Shown: piece by piece, positions 1 through 13,186 of the stretch
How the letters are laid out: the number at the start of each line of letters is the position of its first letter
Position numbering within the stretch: the first letter of the stretch is position 1
From: Ylistrum balloti
Taxonomy: Eukaryota
Assembly (NCBI RefSeq): GCF_031769215.1
Contig: NW_026782024.1
Coordinates: 1,054,001-1,118,000 of the forward strand
Length of the DNA stretch: 64,000 nucleotides
Direction: 5' to 3'
Translations under genes and position numbers: made by a program
The notes under the pieces: generated by a model
Databases searched by the model: none
What the model saw: the letters and a program-made list of their open reading frames with translations, nothing else
Told to the model about the DNA's origin: nothing

Positions 1-521
1 TGATCATAAGAGTAGCAATGGCTGAAAAATTTGGAATGAAACGACGATAATAACTACATGGTGAGATAAAAGATCTACATTGCTTGACGTCTGTAGGGCG
101 TTGCATGGAGTGTATGACATCTACCTTGTTATTGTCAAGCTTCACTCATTGGCGATTGATTGTAAATCCTAAATACTTTGTTTCTTGTTGGAAGGAAGAA
201 CATTTTTCAGTTTCAACTTTAGGCTATGTTTCTAAAGCCGAGAGAAAACTTCTTTGATATGTGAGAGCTAATCTTCCTCTGATTTGGAGAAAATTAAGAT
301 ATCATCCTGGTAAGCTGCAGCGAAACCCTGGAAGCCATTTTACAGTTTAGAAATAGCAGAGGAGCATTCATCAAACCGGAAGGACAAACATTGAATTCAA
401 AAAGACCTCTATGGCAAGTAAATGCAGTTTTCTCTTTATCATCTTTGTTAAGTGGTAATTGGCAATAATCACTTGTTAGGTCAAGAGACGTAGAATACAT
501 TGATTTTCCTAGCCAAGCCAA
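1..521 (-). pseudogene. Gypsy reverse transcriptase remnant
   Basis: LDLTSDYCQLP..DKEKTAFTCHRGLFEFNVCPSGLMNAP (ORF 294-521). In another frame: AAYQDDILIFS (YxDD at 301-312), HIKEVFSRL*KHSLKLKLKKCSF and RSFISPCSYYRRFIPNFSAIA. In-frame stops and a frameshift are present. Confidence 0.9.
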
Positions 522-1579
522 AAGGTCATTAACAACAGGAAGTGGAAATAAGTTAGGGTTTTGTAATTGCTTTCTTTTGATGTCTCTTTGTTTGATATAG
601 CGGCAGTTACGGTGTCAATATGTGTTTCTGTGAGTCTAGCGATTGAACAACCTTTATATTATATAACGGTTAGCTGAGATGAATTGGCAATTGTCATAGG
701 TAATTTAGTCTGGTAATTAGAAATTGTACATATAGACTCTAGCACTTCGATGTCTGGCTCACATGTTAAAGAGCTACAGTGATTAAGTTCAAAATGAAAA
801 ACTTTATCACCTGTGATCGATCTGTAATGTGGAATTTTACCTGTACAGACAGTACTAGATTGTGGTGGTAAAACAACTTTCTGAGACAAACGTACAATAG
901 AAGACACATAAAAATTACATAAAATATTTCTGTTTACCTACTTTAAGTTGACATGAATTAGGAGAACTACCGAGAGTATTAATTGTATAAGATAGTCTGT
1001 CTGACTGAGATCCGACATCAGCCTCACGAAACAGGACCTTGTTTAGTTTCCCTGATTTTGTGCTTTGTGTTGGGGACGTGAATGTTTGTTCAGCTGTTGA
1101 ATAAATTGTTGAGAATTAAGTTGATATGGCTGTGACTTTGTGTGTTTGTGATGGTTGATTGTAACCCTTGGGCGATAGTGTTGCGGGGGCACGTGTGAAT
1201 TTGTTACGTAAGACGTCTGGTGTCGGTCTAGCGAAGAAGGTCGGTCGACGACTTATGTAATAATACAGGTGAAATTTGATATTGTGTTTTTTGACTTGTA
1301 TTTCTGTGACCGAATTCCTGTGGAGTGTGAAGTACTTTAGATTTTGGCTGTTGTCTGTTGTATCTTCTGTTTGGGAACTAGATGTGGTAGATGTGATTGT
1401 AGATGTTTGACAAGATATATGTACAACACTTTTCATTGGATATTGTGTATCGACTGCATTGGTTGTTTCAGCTTTTTGTTTCTTGTGTCTATGACTTCGT
1501 AATTCCATGTGTGGAAATGTGTTAATTGTCTGATGAATGATCACGTGTATGCTGTCTGCGGTTGACAATATTAGGTTGT

Positions 1580-3730
1580 TAAAAATTGTTCGCTTTGAAA
1601 GTGGAGTATTTAATTAATTATCTGATCATTCTCCAGTGTGTATTACGTTGAATGCTAGTGTAAATAAATATGATAAAGAAATAAAGGATTCTAAAAGAAA
1701 TGTTACTAGCGTTAAATGGAACAATGATAACACAGAAACTTTCAGGAATGTATTAGAAAGTAACAGGCACGAGTTGATGAGCTGTTGTGATAGTACTGAT
1801 TCTAGTTAAATTGGTGTTGATGAGTGTGTTGAAAAGTTTACTAATATTCTGAAGGAATTGTTATTACCTTTAAGTGTTGTTTCGTATCCTCGACGTTATT
1901 GTAAGAAAAAAGGTACAGAAACTGACAATTATCCATGGTTTAATGAACTTTGTAAACTAAGATACTCTGAATGTAAAAGGGCTTTATTTCATTTTAATTC
2001 TTGTAAGAATGAGGAAACTCATAAAGTACTTGTCTGTAAAAAACGTAGCTATAAGAAACTGGAAATGAAACTGAAGCGGGAGTACAAAACGCATCAAGGT
2101 AATATGCTGAGCTTTATGAGGAAAAATAATCCTAAACATTTTTACAGAAACTTCAGGGAAAAAAAGAATAATGTAAATAAGTGTATCCTTGGTGAACATG
2201 ATTTTTTAAAAGATATTTTTGTAATTTGTCGTCTACTGAATATAGGGAAAATGAAACAGTGAGTGAGTTTTTGAAGAATTATGATTCTAATGTATCAGAC
2301 GATATCATGCACGAGTTAGATGTTGGTATTTCTGAAGACGAAAAAAAAATATCTGATGCCCAATTCGGTTTTAGAATATGATATTATTAGCTGAATCGGC
2401 AGGAGAATTGCAAAAAATGTTGGATTCATTATTATAATATACTAATAAATGGAATTTAACTGTAAATGTTGACAAAACTAAAGTTATGGTTTTCAGAAAT
2501 GGTGGTAAGTTGAAGGAGACAGATAAATGGTTTTATAATGGTAGTTTGTTAGAAACTGTTGATAGTTTTAATTATCTTGGAATAATGATGAAATTTAATG
2601 GTAAATTCAATTTGACGCAACAGAAAATAGCTGAGCAAGGAAGGAAGGCATTATTTGGTATAACAAACATTTGTAAGTAAAATTATTTCAATATTGAAAC
2701 TCAACGTTTTTGACACTTTCGTATATAGCAAACTGAACTATGGATCTGAAGTTTGGGGTTTCCATAAGGCGTCAGATATAGAAAAGTTACATGTAAATTT
2801 TTGTAAGAGAATCTTAGGGTTAAGAAAAGTACACCAAACGTAATGATATATCAAGAATTGGGCAGGTTACCTTTAAGTATAATTCGAAAATTTAGAATTT
2901 TTAAATATTTGATTAAACTAAGAAATTCAGAAAATTGTATTCTTAAGTCGTGTTATAAAGAAATGCTTGATAGGGGAAGTGAATGAACAAATAGTGTAAA
3001 GGACGAGTTATTTAACATGGGTTTAGGATATTTGTGGGACAGTAATTATTTTAGTAATGAAGCTTTTATTCTGAATGTAATTAAATGTAGGATGTGTAAC
3101 GTTTTTCAGCAAGAATGTATGGGTTTGATTGAGTTGTCTTCAAAATGTTCATTGTATAAATTTATTAGTGATAAATTTTGTCTTAAACAGTATTTAACAA
3201 AATCTATTGGTTCATAAAATATCAAAGAAATTGCAAAAATTAGATTATCATCGCACAAATTGTATATTGAAACCGGTAGATACAAAAACGTTGAAATAAT
3301 TGATAGAGTTTGCAACTTTTGTGCGAGTGGCGATATTGAAGATGAGTATCACTTTATTTAAAAATGCGAACATTATAAAGATATAAGGAAACGTTTTATT
3401 AAAAAGTATTACTATATGAAACCAAGTATGGCAAAATTTATACAACTTTTGGAAACAGAAAATACTAAAGATCTGTCGAATTTAGGAAAATTTATAAGTA
3501 TTTGTAACAAAAGGAGAATAAATACTGTTTAAGACAATAATTTAATTTATATGTGTAGAGTTAGATATATGGACTTGTTCTCTACACTTTGATCCTGTGT
3601 ACGTGGTCTGTGAGTGCTGTGTGCTATGTATTTCCTATGTTTGTTGTTGTGTTTGTACTTGCACTGTAAATATATGCACTGTACTGATAAACCGTAAGGT
3701 TTAAAGTAAATAAACTGATGAACTGAACTG
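1580..3730 (+). mobile_element. 5'-truncated, internally deleted APE-type LINE (RTE-X/CR1-like ORF2 remnant)
   Basis: APE C-terminal SDHSPV at 1621, then PWFNELCK. QFGFR at 2361-2375 is joined almost directly to LLAES..ELQKML, so the RT core is deleted. Further on: VDKTKVM, YLG, YGSEVWG, RLSSHKLYIETGRY, and a C-terminal knuckle CNFC..EDEYH..C; stop at ~3532. AATAAA at 3709-3714 is followed by a short CTGAA-type tail. Confidence 0.88.
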
Positions 3731-4286
3731 TTTTGCATGTCTGAGTTTTGATAGGAGGTCGGGGACAAGGTTGTGGCGGTGTGTCATTGTCAGTATCCTT
3801 GTCGCTACCGTCATCGCTGGTGGGTAGACAAACATAGTGTGCTCTCCTTGTAAGTCCGTCTGTGTTGTCGGGGAAGGGGATATCCCATTACAATTGTGCA
3901 TGTTGCAAGTGTCGTGCGTTGGTGTTATGTTTTAACCATCTAGTTGATTTTTGATAATGAAAATGGACGGAGAAGTTTGTTCAATGATGCGATAGTGAGG
4001 TGTCTACTTTGGTTCTAGTTTGGTGTTGCGTTGGTAATTACACAAATATACAGCGTCATTAACTTTGAGCGTGTTGATCTGTTTACTTGTTCTGTGCGCT
4101 TTGTTTTAGCAGCTTTAAGATTTTTGACAACTCTAGTCATTGTGATGTGTTAGTCTTGTATAACATGTGATAGGTAAAATTGGATCTCTGTGATACAATA
4201 GGTAGAATGGAATAAATTTAGAAGAGTCATTTACATGAAATCTCATACTTGCTAATGCATGGGGAATGTTTTCATTCCAGTTATAG

Positions 4287-4304
4287 ATCCTGGTCACGAC
4301 ACCA
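4287..4304 (-). other. Primer-binding site, tRNA-His type
   Basis: Minus strand reads TGGTGTCGTGACCAGGAT. This is complementary to the invertebrate tRNA-His(GTG) 3' end (..ATCCTGGTCACGGCA-CCA, recalled from memory) at 17 of 18 nt, and it sits at the 5' end of the gypsy internal region. Confidence 0.75.
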
Positions 4305-4700
4305 GGAAAATGAATGTTTTGTCCTATGAAGAGTGGAGATGAAGAACTCCAGACGCTGTTCGGGTTGTTGTAGGTTCATTGAGATGTAGGATATTGAGAG
4401 ATGGCTAGGAATGTGGTCGTATTTATACGAAAGTTGTTATGAAACTGATAAAGTAATATTACACATTAGATAACAGGTTAACAAGGATTGAATCATACAT
4501 GAGTTATTGACATGGTCTTACACACATAAATGGCAATAGATCCGGCTGTTTACAACAAGATAAGGTTACACTGACCTTCATACAGACTGCTTAGATAGAC
4601 CTCAGGTACTTACTTATACAGCCAGGGAACGGATTAGTAACGACGGAATGCCTATGGCTACTGGTCAATACATAATACAGTAGATGTCAGTTATAAATTA
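4305..4700 (-). promoter_or_regulatory. Probable 5' LTR of the gypsy element
   Basis: Immediately upstream of the PBS, with TATAAATA on the minus strand at 4420-4427. No partner LTR lies in the window, so the boundaries are unverified. Confidence 0.45.
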
Positions 4701-7700
4701 AGCTTGTCTCATACTGCCATTTAAATTTTGATCACAAATCTGACTTATGTCTAGCTGAATAAAATTTTGAATGATTTAATTAACTCACATCTTAACTTTT
4801 AATAGTTCAAATGACAGTATATATACATACATATATGTATATATATGACAATTGTTACTCAAGACCCGGTGTCTTCAATTATTTAAATCAAATAGATTTA
4901 CATTCTCGCCATCATTTTTCTGAATATCCCTGTGCATTTCATTTAGGCGTTCATATTCTTGTCGCCTTTATCCTTCTCTTTCTTCTGGTTCTTTCGTCTT
5001 TTTTGGCTGTATTTGGAAGTGTTTTCCAGTAATATTTAGCAGAAAATTCGACAAATGTCTGTTCATGTTCTCTTTCCAAAGTTAAACTACATACCCTATA
5101 TATTTTCATTTTACATGTCTCGCAATTATAAGAACTGGATAGTTATGATACACATAACTTTGTCCATCTCTTTTTAAATAATATTTTTCGACGCTTTGAA
5201 CTATAAACATGTTTACATAATTTATTTCAGTTAAAACCTTCCTAGAAATTTGAAATATTACGGTCACGTGATTATTCAGGTAACTGTCATATGCCCGCGG
5301 CGTGTCTATCGTACCGTGAAAGTATGCATACATTGGTAACGTTAGATCAATCAAAACCGATACTTATGCTATCTTAAAACCAGATTATTTCTTAGGTTGC
5401 CTCATTGGTTCATTCTCACTTAGCCAACATTCTGAAATTTACCTCTACTACCTGGCCAACATGTCAAATTTTACACCTGAGTGATTTTCAGCTATTGTCT
5501 GTTCCTACTTTCCTTGACAGAAAATATAAAAAATGACAAGTTGAACATGATTTATAAAATAAAGATTTGAATCAATTCATGTAGGAAATCACATTTAAGT
5601 CTTAAATGTTTGCTGCAATTACTTAATATATATGTACTAGAATCTACATGCATTATGTAATACATTATATTCTAATATCGTAATCTCAAGAGTTTAAATT
5701 GTGATATCGATAAGAAATGTATTTACAAGTGTTTTGATCAATATTTTTCAAAATGACAGATTTAGAACTGAAAAAAAAGCATAAAAATACATTACCAGTA
5801 ATTCTAAAATATATAATACCCTATTAGATTACTTACATAATTGATAGAATTGTTAAATATAATTATATATTTAATCTATGTGTCAAACGATGTATAAATA
5901 GACTACTTTTGATCTACCAGAAGAAGAAAGGGCACATCGGAGAGATGGAGGAGACAGGCTGGTCCCCACTGGTAACAACGTTACTTGGAAATACATGGAT
6001 AGACTTTATAGATATTTGTATATATACATTCTTAAGAAAATATGAAGTCCGGAGTTTGGATTTTTGTGTCATCACTACACTTACTCAACAGCATCAACAC
6101 TACTGGACTCGACAAAGTCACACACATATAATTTATCATAGCTCGTTCGCACTGCATATGTAGGCAGTTACATAACTTTGAAGTTATAATCTATGGTGGA
6201 ACTTCGCTCAGTTTTTAGGAAGAGTATCACACACATTTTTGTCTGATACCTGTTTATATTTACTATACGACATGCTTAACCTTTTTAAAGGTCACCGGCT
6301 ATGATTTTTTTAATATATTTTTTTCGCGCGAAATCGGATGTAAATATCTTTAAAAAGAAACACGTACATTGCAATTTGTACCGCCATCACTATTGTTACT
6401 TGTAAACACCCGAAGAAAGTGAAATATTCAGAGTTATTTCCCGATCATCTGTTATAATTGATATTCATGTATTCTATTGGATTAAGGTGTTTGGCCAAAA
6501 CAGTGACGAGAGGATGTGGCACAAGTTTTAAAAAATGTGAACAAGAGATTGACGTTTTCATTGTATAAATAATACATTCTAAATTTATACAAAATTAAAC
6601 TTCACGTTATTTTAAAGATCGTTTATTTGTTGTCAGTTAGGTGTATACAAGGCTATTATTGTTAAATTATTTCTGAACGAGAAATTCTAATTAAGTTCCT
6701 GTAAGCAAATTGGCAGTTTACTACTTCTATGTGTCGCCGGGTTTTGATCCCGTGACTTTAAAACCACAATATTCACATAATTCTTTATCAGTTATTTGTG
6801 ATCTATACAGAATGTTGAAGATTTTAGGGAAAGTGTTAGCGACCAGGCGTTGAATTTCTTACTAAAACCTTTAAACGTATAGTTCTATACAAAAAGTTTA
6901 TTTCAAATGAATTGGAATTTTATTACTATTTCAGTCTTTTGGCTTGGTCCGAATAAAAATCTGCAGAATAAATATTACACCCATAGACCACAAATTTGAC
7001 TATTTCGCGAGAGCTATTTTTCTATGAAAGTTTCACTCATTTTACTGATATCAATATAATTAGTTTAATTGTATTTATCGCCATCATCCTCTCATCGCAA
7101 TGGTCTAAGAAAGTGCCATTGAATTTTTAAAAAAATACCTGATCTTTGTGATAAAATGAATATCCAGTTACATGTACATAAATCAATCTTGTCCTTGTAA
7201 TTTTTACAGTTGTTTTCAATAATGTTTGAACTCTTCAGTTTGTATAACATTTACAACATATACAGTTTTCACATCAAACAGTTAAAATCTGTGTCCTCAG
7301 TACGTACAGTACTTTGATTCATGTTGCGATCGAAGAACAATTCGTCCTGGTCATGTGTGATGTATTCTTACTGAGATCGTCTAACGGAAAAACAGACAAG
7401 TAAATGGCGATACCTTACCTGACCTGTTGTAACGGCGTTGCATTCCTTTTCTGACGTCTGATTCTTGCTAATTTAGTAGTATAATAGCTATATATCACAT
7501 ACAGAACATCCGATTCCTGTGCTCGAACGTGTTCCATTTACAGAAAATCAACCTGGCTGTATTTCAGGGGAGGTCACTCTTACAAACACAGCAAAAACAA
7601 ACATCTAAAAACACATCGAGACATAAACTCTTGAGAAAATGAAAACAGTGAGAATGACAATTGAAATGCCTTTACAGAGGAAAATCAAAGATGATCGCGC

Positions 7701-9553
7701 GGGAGAGGGGGGTGTCTAAATCTAAAGGAGGAAGCTCATAATTCAATAAATTTCCTAATTTTCCATATTTGATAAATTTCCGAAGACCATCAAGTACATG
7801 TGTATTTTCTGAACTCTTCCATTATTTGAATGAATTAAAATATGGCATTCAGGGTCCACTAGCAGTGTCTACCGTCTATAATCTGGAAGATTGTTTAAAA
7901 GACACATAATTTTATAGCACCTTTTGAAACAAATTTAGAAATTTAGAATTCCCCGTCAATCAGAAGGTGTTAATTAAGAACCAATGGTCCCATTGCATGA
8001 TTTTTCCGTTTTTTAGCAATGCCTTATTGGGCAATATATCTCACTGGTTTAGAATTTTTCGTATACTCCCAGGTGCAAGCCTTCTCTGTTAATACACCAA
8101 TATCTACCATCGGCCTTGCAAAGCGACCCAGCTCCAGTAAAACCGCCAACTGCGTAAAAACTCTTCATATTACTTTTGGGATATTCCATAAGCCTATGTT
8201 ATTCTTTCAAACATAGTAGGTAATATTAAAAACTCCCAGTACACAATTTTAAAGAATTAGTCATTCTGGCTGGTGAAAATGATAATTAACCTTTTTAATT
8301 CGACAAACAATCAACACAAAGTTTTGTAAAGTTCGGACATTCATCGTTTTGACATTTGTGCACCTTGAGTTGTAAAGCTATGTTACAACTTTTGGCAGAA
8401 TAACATTAGGATATGAAATAAGAAAAAGATATAGTGGTCACCGGAATATATAAACTAATGTCAAGCCATATCTCCAATAACGGACTGCTACGTTAGGAAT
8501 GAAACTTTTCGTAGTGTGGTTCCACTCAGAACACACAACATAGGGAACTTTAATGTGACAGAATACATCTTCTTGTCGCCTCATACGCATAACTCTAATT
8601 ATGGGAAAGTGAAACCAGAACAACGAGATAGACAAACAGCATTGTAAAACAATTATATCAACACTGTAAGAGGGTAGAAAATTGTATAGATAACACATAC
8701 CACACATGTATATGCATGATATGAACAGAGTTCGAAAGTGACTTTTTCACCAGATTTGAATTTTATCCTATCAGAAATATTCATTTTTTTACCAGAGACG
8801 TAATTTTTACGAGACGAAAATACAATGATATTTAACGTGTCATAGTTACTAGAGAGGACATTTTGACCTAGCAAAACATCAATTGCAGATCAATCTTGCA
8901 TTGGTACTTTTCAGCCTCATATTGAAGGTCACTATGTCGTGGAGATAAAAGGGATGAAGTCACGCCTGTTAACGTCCCTCCCCTCTTGTTTAGCACCATT
9001 ACAATGTCGTTAGTTTACTATATTGAATATACGAAGAGAAGCATGCTTCATGGCCAAAAATATTCTTTATTTCTTCAATAGTCAATACATATCAAAACAA
9101 ATAATAAATTCAAGCCCAATATACACCCAGTCATCATATACATGTATACTTAACAATTTTTTCTTCCTGAGATCAAACTAATAAATACAATATCGAAACT
9201 AATATATATTTTAAGAATCTTCGAGATGTGCGTTTCTTTTTCATTTTCGTGACAACCGTTGGTCGGAATCTATTGATTTTTCATTAGAATGAAGATATGA
9301 CCTTCTCTGCTTACTATTTTTCTTGGACTGCTGAATAACTAAGTTTGCAAAGGAATACGTGCAAATGAAAATGTCAGCACACCTGGAGGAATCGACCATG
9401 GTTCGAAAAATGTATGAGCACTTGAAAATGTCTCGAAGGAAACAGTGATGTTTTGAAAACAATATCATACAGAGGAAGACTTCTGATTAATAGTAATATT
9501 TTTTTGTTTGTTTGTCTTTTTTTTCATCAATATTGAATCTCAACTACATGCTA

Positions 9554-10927
9554 TTATTCGATATCAAAGAATCTGCCGTGAAAGTTGAAAGGAACAGTTG
9601 TTGGCATGTACGATCGGTTGATGACTGTCATGGTTTTAGGGTCAAGCATAAGCAGGTAACTGGCTTTCTTATCCCCGTCAAATGCTGATGACATCAACAC
9701 GCCGTCGTCCTCCTCCTTACTTCCGGGTGTGGCGACGAACCAGGGCTCTGTAAAGTATTGGTGGGGCACAGCATACATCAAGTCTCCTTCATTGTTGCAT
9801 ACATCCTTCTTGACAAGAGCAATGTGACTGAAACCCATCCCGTCGTAGTTGACCACTGTGCCGTAGATGTAACAATACTTTATATGACGATAGTTTTCGT
9901 TGATAACTGGCATTTCCAGTGCGCCGGCGCATGGAGCTTTTGGTCCATTTTCAAAGACTGTTTTTGACACAGTCTTTGTACGAAGGTCAATTGTGTATCG
10001 CTTGAGGACTGGTGTCGACAGAATATCCATCCGAGCTGTTTTATTGAAAAGATATGAAAAGTCAAAATAGTCAAAAGCAAATGGATTTACTTGAGTTGGA
10101 AGATCCATTACAATTTTACCATCTGGCGTTTCGAAAGCGTTGATATGATGAATAACGAAGACTGTCTCCGTCTGTAATGTATGTACCCTTCCTGTCTTTA
10201 TCTCTACAACATATATAGAAGTGTTGGCGTTCCCGTCCCAAACCATTCCACCCTCTACTGAGCAAGTCTCCAGCATTTTCATGATACTGATAGTGTACGG
10301 AGCCGCGATCAGGATAACGTAGTTAGGAGAGACCGAGAACGAATGCATGTAGTGACTTTTTTCCATCTCCCACTCAGCCACCATTTCCGTGTTATCAAGG
10401 GATTTGATCCGGACCACGCTCAAGCGATCTTTCATCCCAGGAATTAGACTCAATGTTTTGATTATTTCAAATCTTGATTGCGTGCCGTATTCTGGAACAG
10501 GATGAGCAGACGACATTTCGCTCTTTTTGCCAAAATTGGAAAATTTTGACGGCGGTGTAGGTGGAAGTACGGAGCCGATACTGTTCAAAGTTGTGAGGTC
10601 GAATTCAAACATTTGCCATATATCACTGACAGCCACCGTCCTGTTGGCATAGTTGATGACGTTCACGTTCATATCATCCATATTCAATGTCATCCATTCA
10701 AATCGTTTGGCTCCATCGTAGGCAGGAATAACCCCTCTGAACGTGAGATAAGGTTCAACATCATTCTCCTGGATGGATGACAAGTAAGATTTTGATTTGA
10801 TTATTTTTGCAGAAAAAAATGCAGATCCGTTTCCAGGAAAAGTCCAGCTGTGAAGCTTTGCGTATCCGTCGAAATAGTTCCGGTATTTCCGACTACCCAT
10901 TTCCAGCTGCCCTGGACCATTCCTGAC
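9554..10927 (-). CDS. Carotenoid cleavage oxygenase (BCO/RPE65/NinaB superfamily), copy 1, large 3' exon
   Basis: Acceptor ttattaag|GTC AGG AAT GGT CCA (VRNGPG). Motifs YFDGYAKLH, SSAHP, YMHSF, HHINAFE, LEMP, FTEPWFV and FHGRF give four Fe-ligand His; 457 codons plus stop. Confidence 0.93.
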   Translation of the reverse strand, partial: VRNGPGQLEMGSRKYRNYFDGYAKLHSWTFPGNGSAFFSAKIIKSKSYLSSIQENDVEPYLTFRGVIPAYDGAKRFEWMTLNMDDMNVNVINYANRTVAVSDIWQMFEFDLTTLNSIGSVLPPTPPSKFSNFGKKSEMSSAHPVPEYGTQSRFEIIKTLSLIPGMKDRLSVVRIKSLDNTEMVAEWEMEKSHYMHSFSVSPNYVILIAAPYTISIMKMLETCSVEGGMVWDGNANTSIYVVEIKTGRVHTLQTETVFVIHHINAFETPDGKIVMDLPTQVNPFAFDYFDFSYLFNKTARMDILSTPVLKRYTIDLRTKTVSKTVFENGPKAPCAGALEMPVINENYRHIKYCYIYGTVVNYDGMGFSHIALVKKDVCNNEGDLMYAVPHQYFTEPWFVATPGSKEEDDGVLMSSAFDGDKKASYLLMLDPKTMTVINRSYMPTTVPFNFHGRFFDIE

Positions 10928-12450
10928 CTTAATAAAGAATATCGATGGATATGTATGTTCTGTGATATGTTGATCCTATCAATCTTTTACGTAATACACA
11001 ATGTTTAAGTTGATTGTATGTATATTTCACAATCCCCTTTGATTATGACAGTATTCTCGAAACGTTATACTTGTATCTTTATTCCCTCGACGTTTAATCC
11101 CCAACACAAGAGAAACGCTTATGCCTGGCATAAAGTCTTTTACTTAGATACCAATACTGTCTTTATAACTGCCCTCGTGAAAACTGATCAACAAGTAGCA
11201 TTTGGATTCTGTGACCAGTAGTCTTTATTGTATACCAATAAATGTGTACTCGATGTTCCCATGAAATCATTCTAAATTTAAAAATTACGAGATTTATGTA
11301 ATGTTGAACTCTCTCTAGATTGTAAAAGCTATTTTGACCAATTTAGATTCCACAAGTCGATTTCCAGGTTTCAATAACTTAGGACCTCAGCATTACTGAC
11401 GAATCCACGGATTTGTGAAAAATGTGTATAATCTTTTTAATTCAGTAGTTTCCCTATCTCTGGAGCGCCACAATAATATAACCGTTTATTCCTTGTTCAG
11501 TAGTTACCCTACCTCTAGAGCGCCACAATAATACGGTAAGTTGCAGAATTATTTTTGTTCAATTCTTTTTCTACGAATTTATATGAAATTATCAATAGAT
11601 ACAAGTTGACATGGAATTAAGTACATGTACAAGTGAATATTGTAATCAAGAACTAACCGTGAAATCAAGTGCCATTAACAATACATATTTTTTTGAAAAC
11701 CATGAAATTTGAGGCTTAAGAAAATATGTTATTTTACAGTGTAAATAACGAATATAAATGAAATACCTGTGTTTGATTTTTATTTAAATGTGCTGTTTAT
11801 ATATCTTTATGTTTACTGAAGACTTTCTGCAGCTTTTTCATGATCGTTCCGGAGTAAATGTCTAGGCGTACACATGTATTAATTATTTCAATCTAAAAAT
11901 GACGGGAATTTCTGTTATTTAGAATTGAATATATTATGTGTGATAAAATTTATATTCAAACCGTAGATCTCATACCGGTCAAATTGTTAGTGGCAAGAAA
12001 TGTTCCAAGGTTTACCTCACCGTCCACATCATATTTAAATCTTTACGAATATTATAGTGTTCTCAATAATAATATAAAAAAAATCATAATATATTTTGGC
12101 TTTAATAAATTTTAACAGTAAACTTAGTCTAATGGAAATATATGAATTTCCACGGGTTATATATACATATATATATATATAATCATCTTTTTAAAAAAAA
12201 AATAGATAAAGTTATACAGGAATGACAGAGAAACCTCCTTAATTTTGTTTGAATCTAATGAAAAGATACACAAACAGCAGGTATGATGTTATATATATCT
12301 AAAATTTGTTTTGTTACCGTTAGAGAACTACACAAGGAAACGGAACATTTTCTGGTTCTACGTCGACAAATAGAGTCGAATGTCCAATTCTCAAATAAAT
12401 CAGAATTTGTGTTGACAGTATTATATAACTTTGTTACAAACTTAACTTAC

Positions 12451-12656
12451 CAATATTCCACGAAGCCATGTTGGTAAAGGTTGTTCGAATTGTATTGGGA
12501 AATTCTCAAAACTTTTGTTATTCGTCACGAATATGTCTTCAAAGCCAGGTGCATCATTGTCTGACTGTGCTACTTTGACCGATGCACAGACATGATACAG
12601 AATCAGGAATGGAACAGCTAGAATAATTAGCAGACAGAGTGATACGAAGCACTGTG
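12451..12656 (-). CDS. CCO copy 1, 5' exon with hydrophobic leader (not in the ORF track)
   Basis: Reads QCFVSLCLLIILAVPFLILYHVCASVKVAQSDNDAPGFEDIFVTNNKSFENFPIQFEQPLPTWLRGIL|gtaagt. It is homologous to exon 1 of copies 2 and 3, and its phase-0 donor matches the acceptor at 10927. There is no in-frame ATG, so an upstream exon is needed; the acceptor cctacag at 12657 is inferred. Confidence 0.85.
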
Positions 12657-13099
12657 CTGTAGGTGAAATAATCTAATCTTTCCTATGACTTTGTAGATAT
12701 TGTTTAAATACAGGTAAATCAGGTCCCATATCTCGTTGTATTTACTAATGGCGAAGTTAACAACAACATAATTTGATACGTTTATGAAAAATATGCTTAA
12801 CATGTAACACAAATCTGCAGAACAATTGATATAATTTTACATAACTTTACATGAAAAAGCTATTTTATACTGCTTTTGAAATCATTATGGGTATCACGCG
12901 ACTTCGTATACAGCCATTCATAAAATGTCCGTTGTTTGATAAAATAAAACTATCATTGTTGTAAACTTTATAAGGAGTCATTTTCATTTTCAAGTTGATA
13001 TGATGACGAACTAGTAATTTGCTTATGAAGACATTTAGATTGTATTGCCTTTATGTCTATACATTTATAATCTTTTATAATTCTATCCATTCTACACAA

Positions 13100-13165
13100 T
13101 TGCGTGGCCGGACACCGTCTTGGTAACGCATTCGTCTACGCCGGTGTTCGATTTCCCGTGCGGTC
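13100..13165 (+). mobile_element. Possible degenerate tRNA-derived SINE head
   Basis: GCGTGGCC, a B-box-like GTTCGATTTCC and a GCGGTCG end resemble tRNA-Arg termini; no clean cloverleaf. Confidence 0.2.
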
Positions 13166-13186
13166 GTTAAAGGGAAGGAGGATGTC

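Larger units (their letters stand above)
1..4700 (-). mobile_element. Decayed Ty3/gypsy LTR retrotransposon (5' LTR, PBS, gag-like and pol remnants), running off the left window edge and interrupted by a LINE
   Basis: Minus-strand RT motifs at 1-521, a pol linker at 659-907, a low-complexity gag-like ORF at 1116-1568, a PBS at 4287-4304 and a TATA-bearing LTR-like segment beyond it. The order fits LTR-PBS-gag-pol. The outer edge is approximate. Confidence 0.75.

Noticed and set aside
4890-8700. Exon-like patches (4890-5070 minus, 5901-5971 plus, 7310-7460 minus, 8460-8650 plus)
   Set aside because: Short, with weak or inconsistent splice sites, no recognisable domain and no coherent gene model.
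13100-13165. Functional tRNA gene
   Set aside because: No consistent cloverleaf; kept only as a low-confidence SINE-like head.
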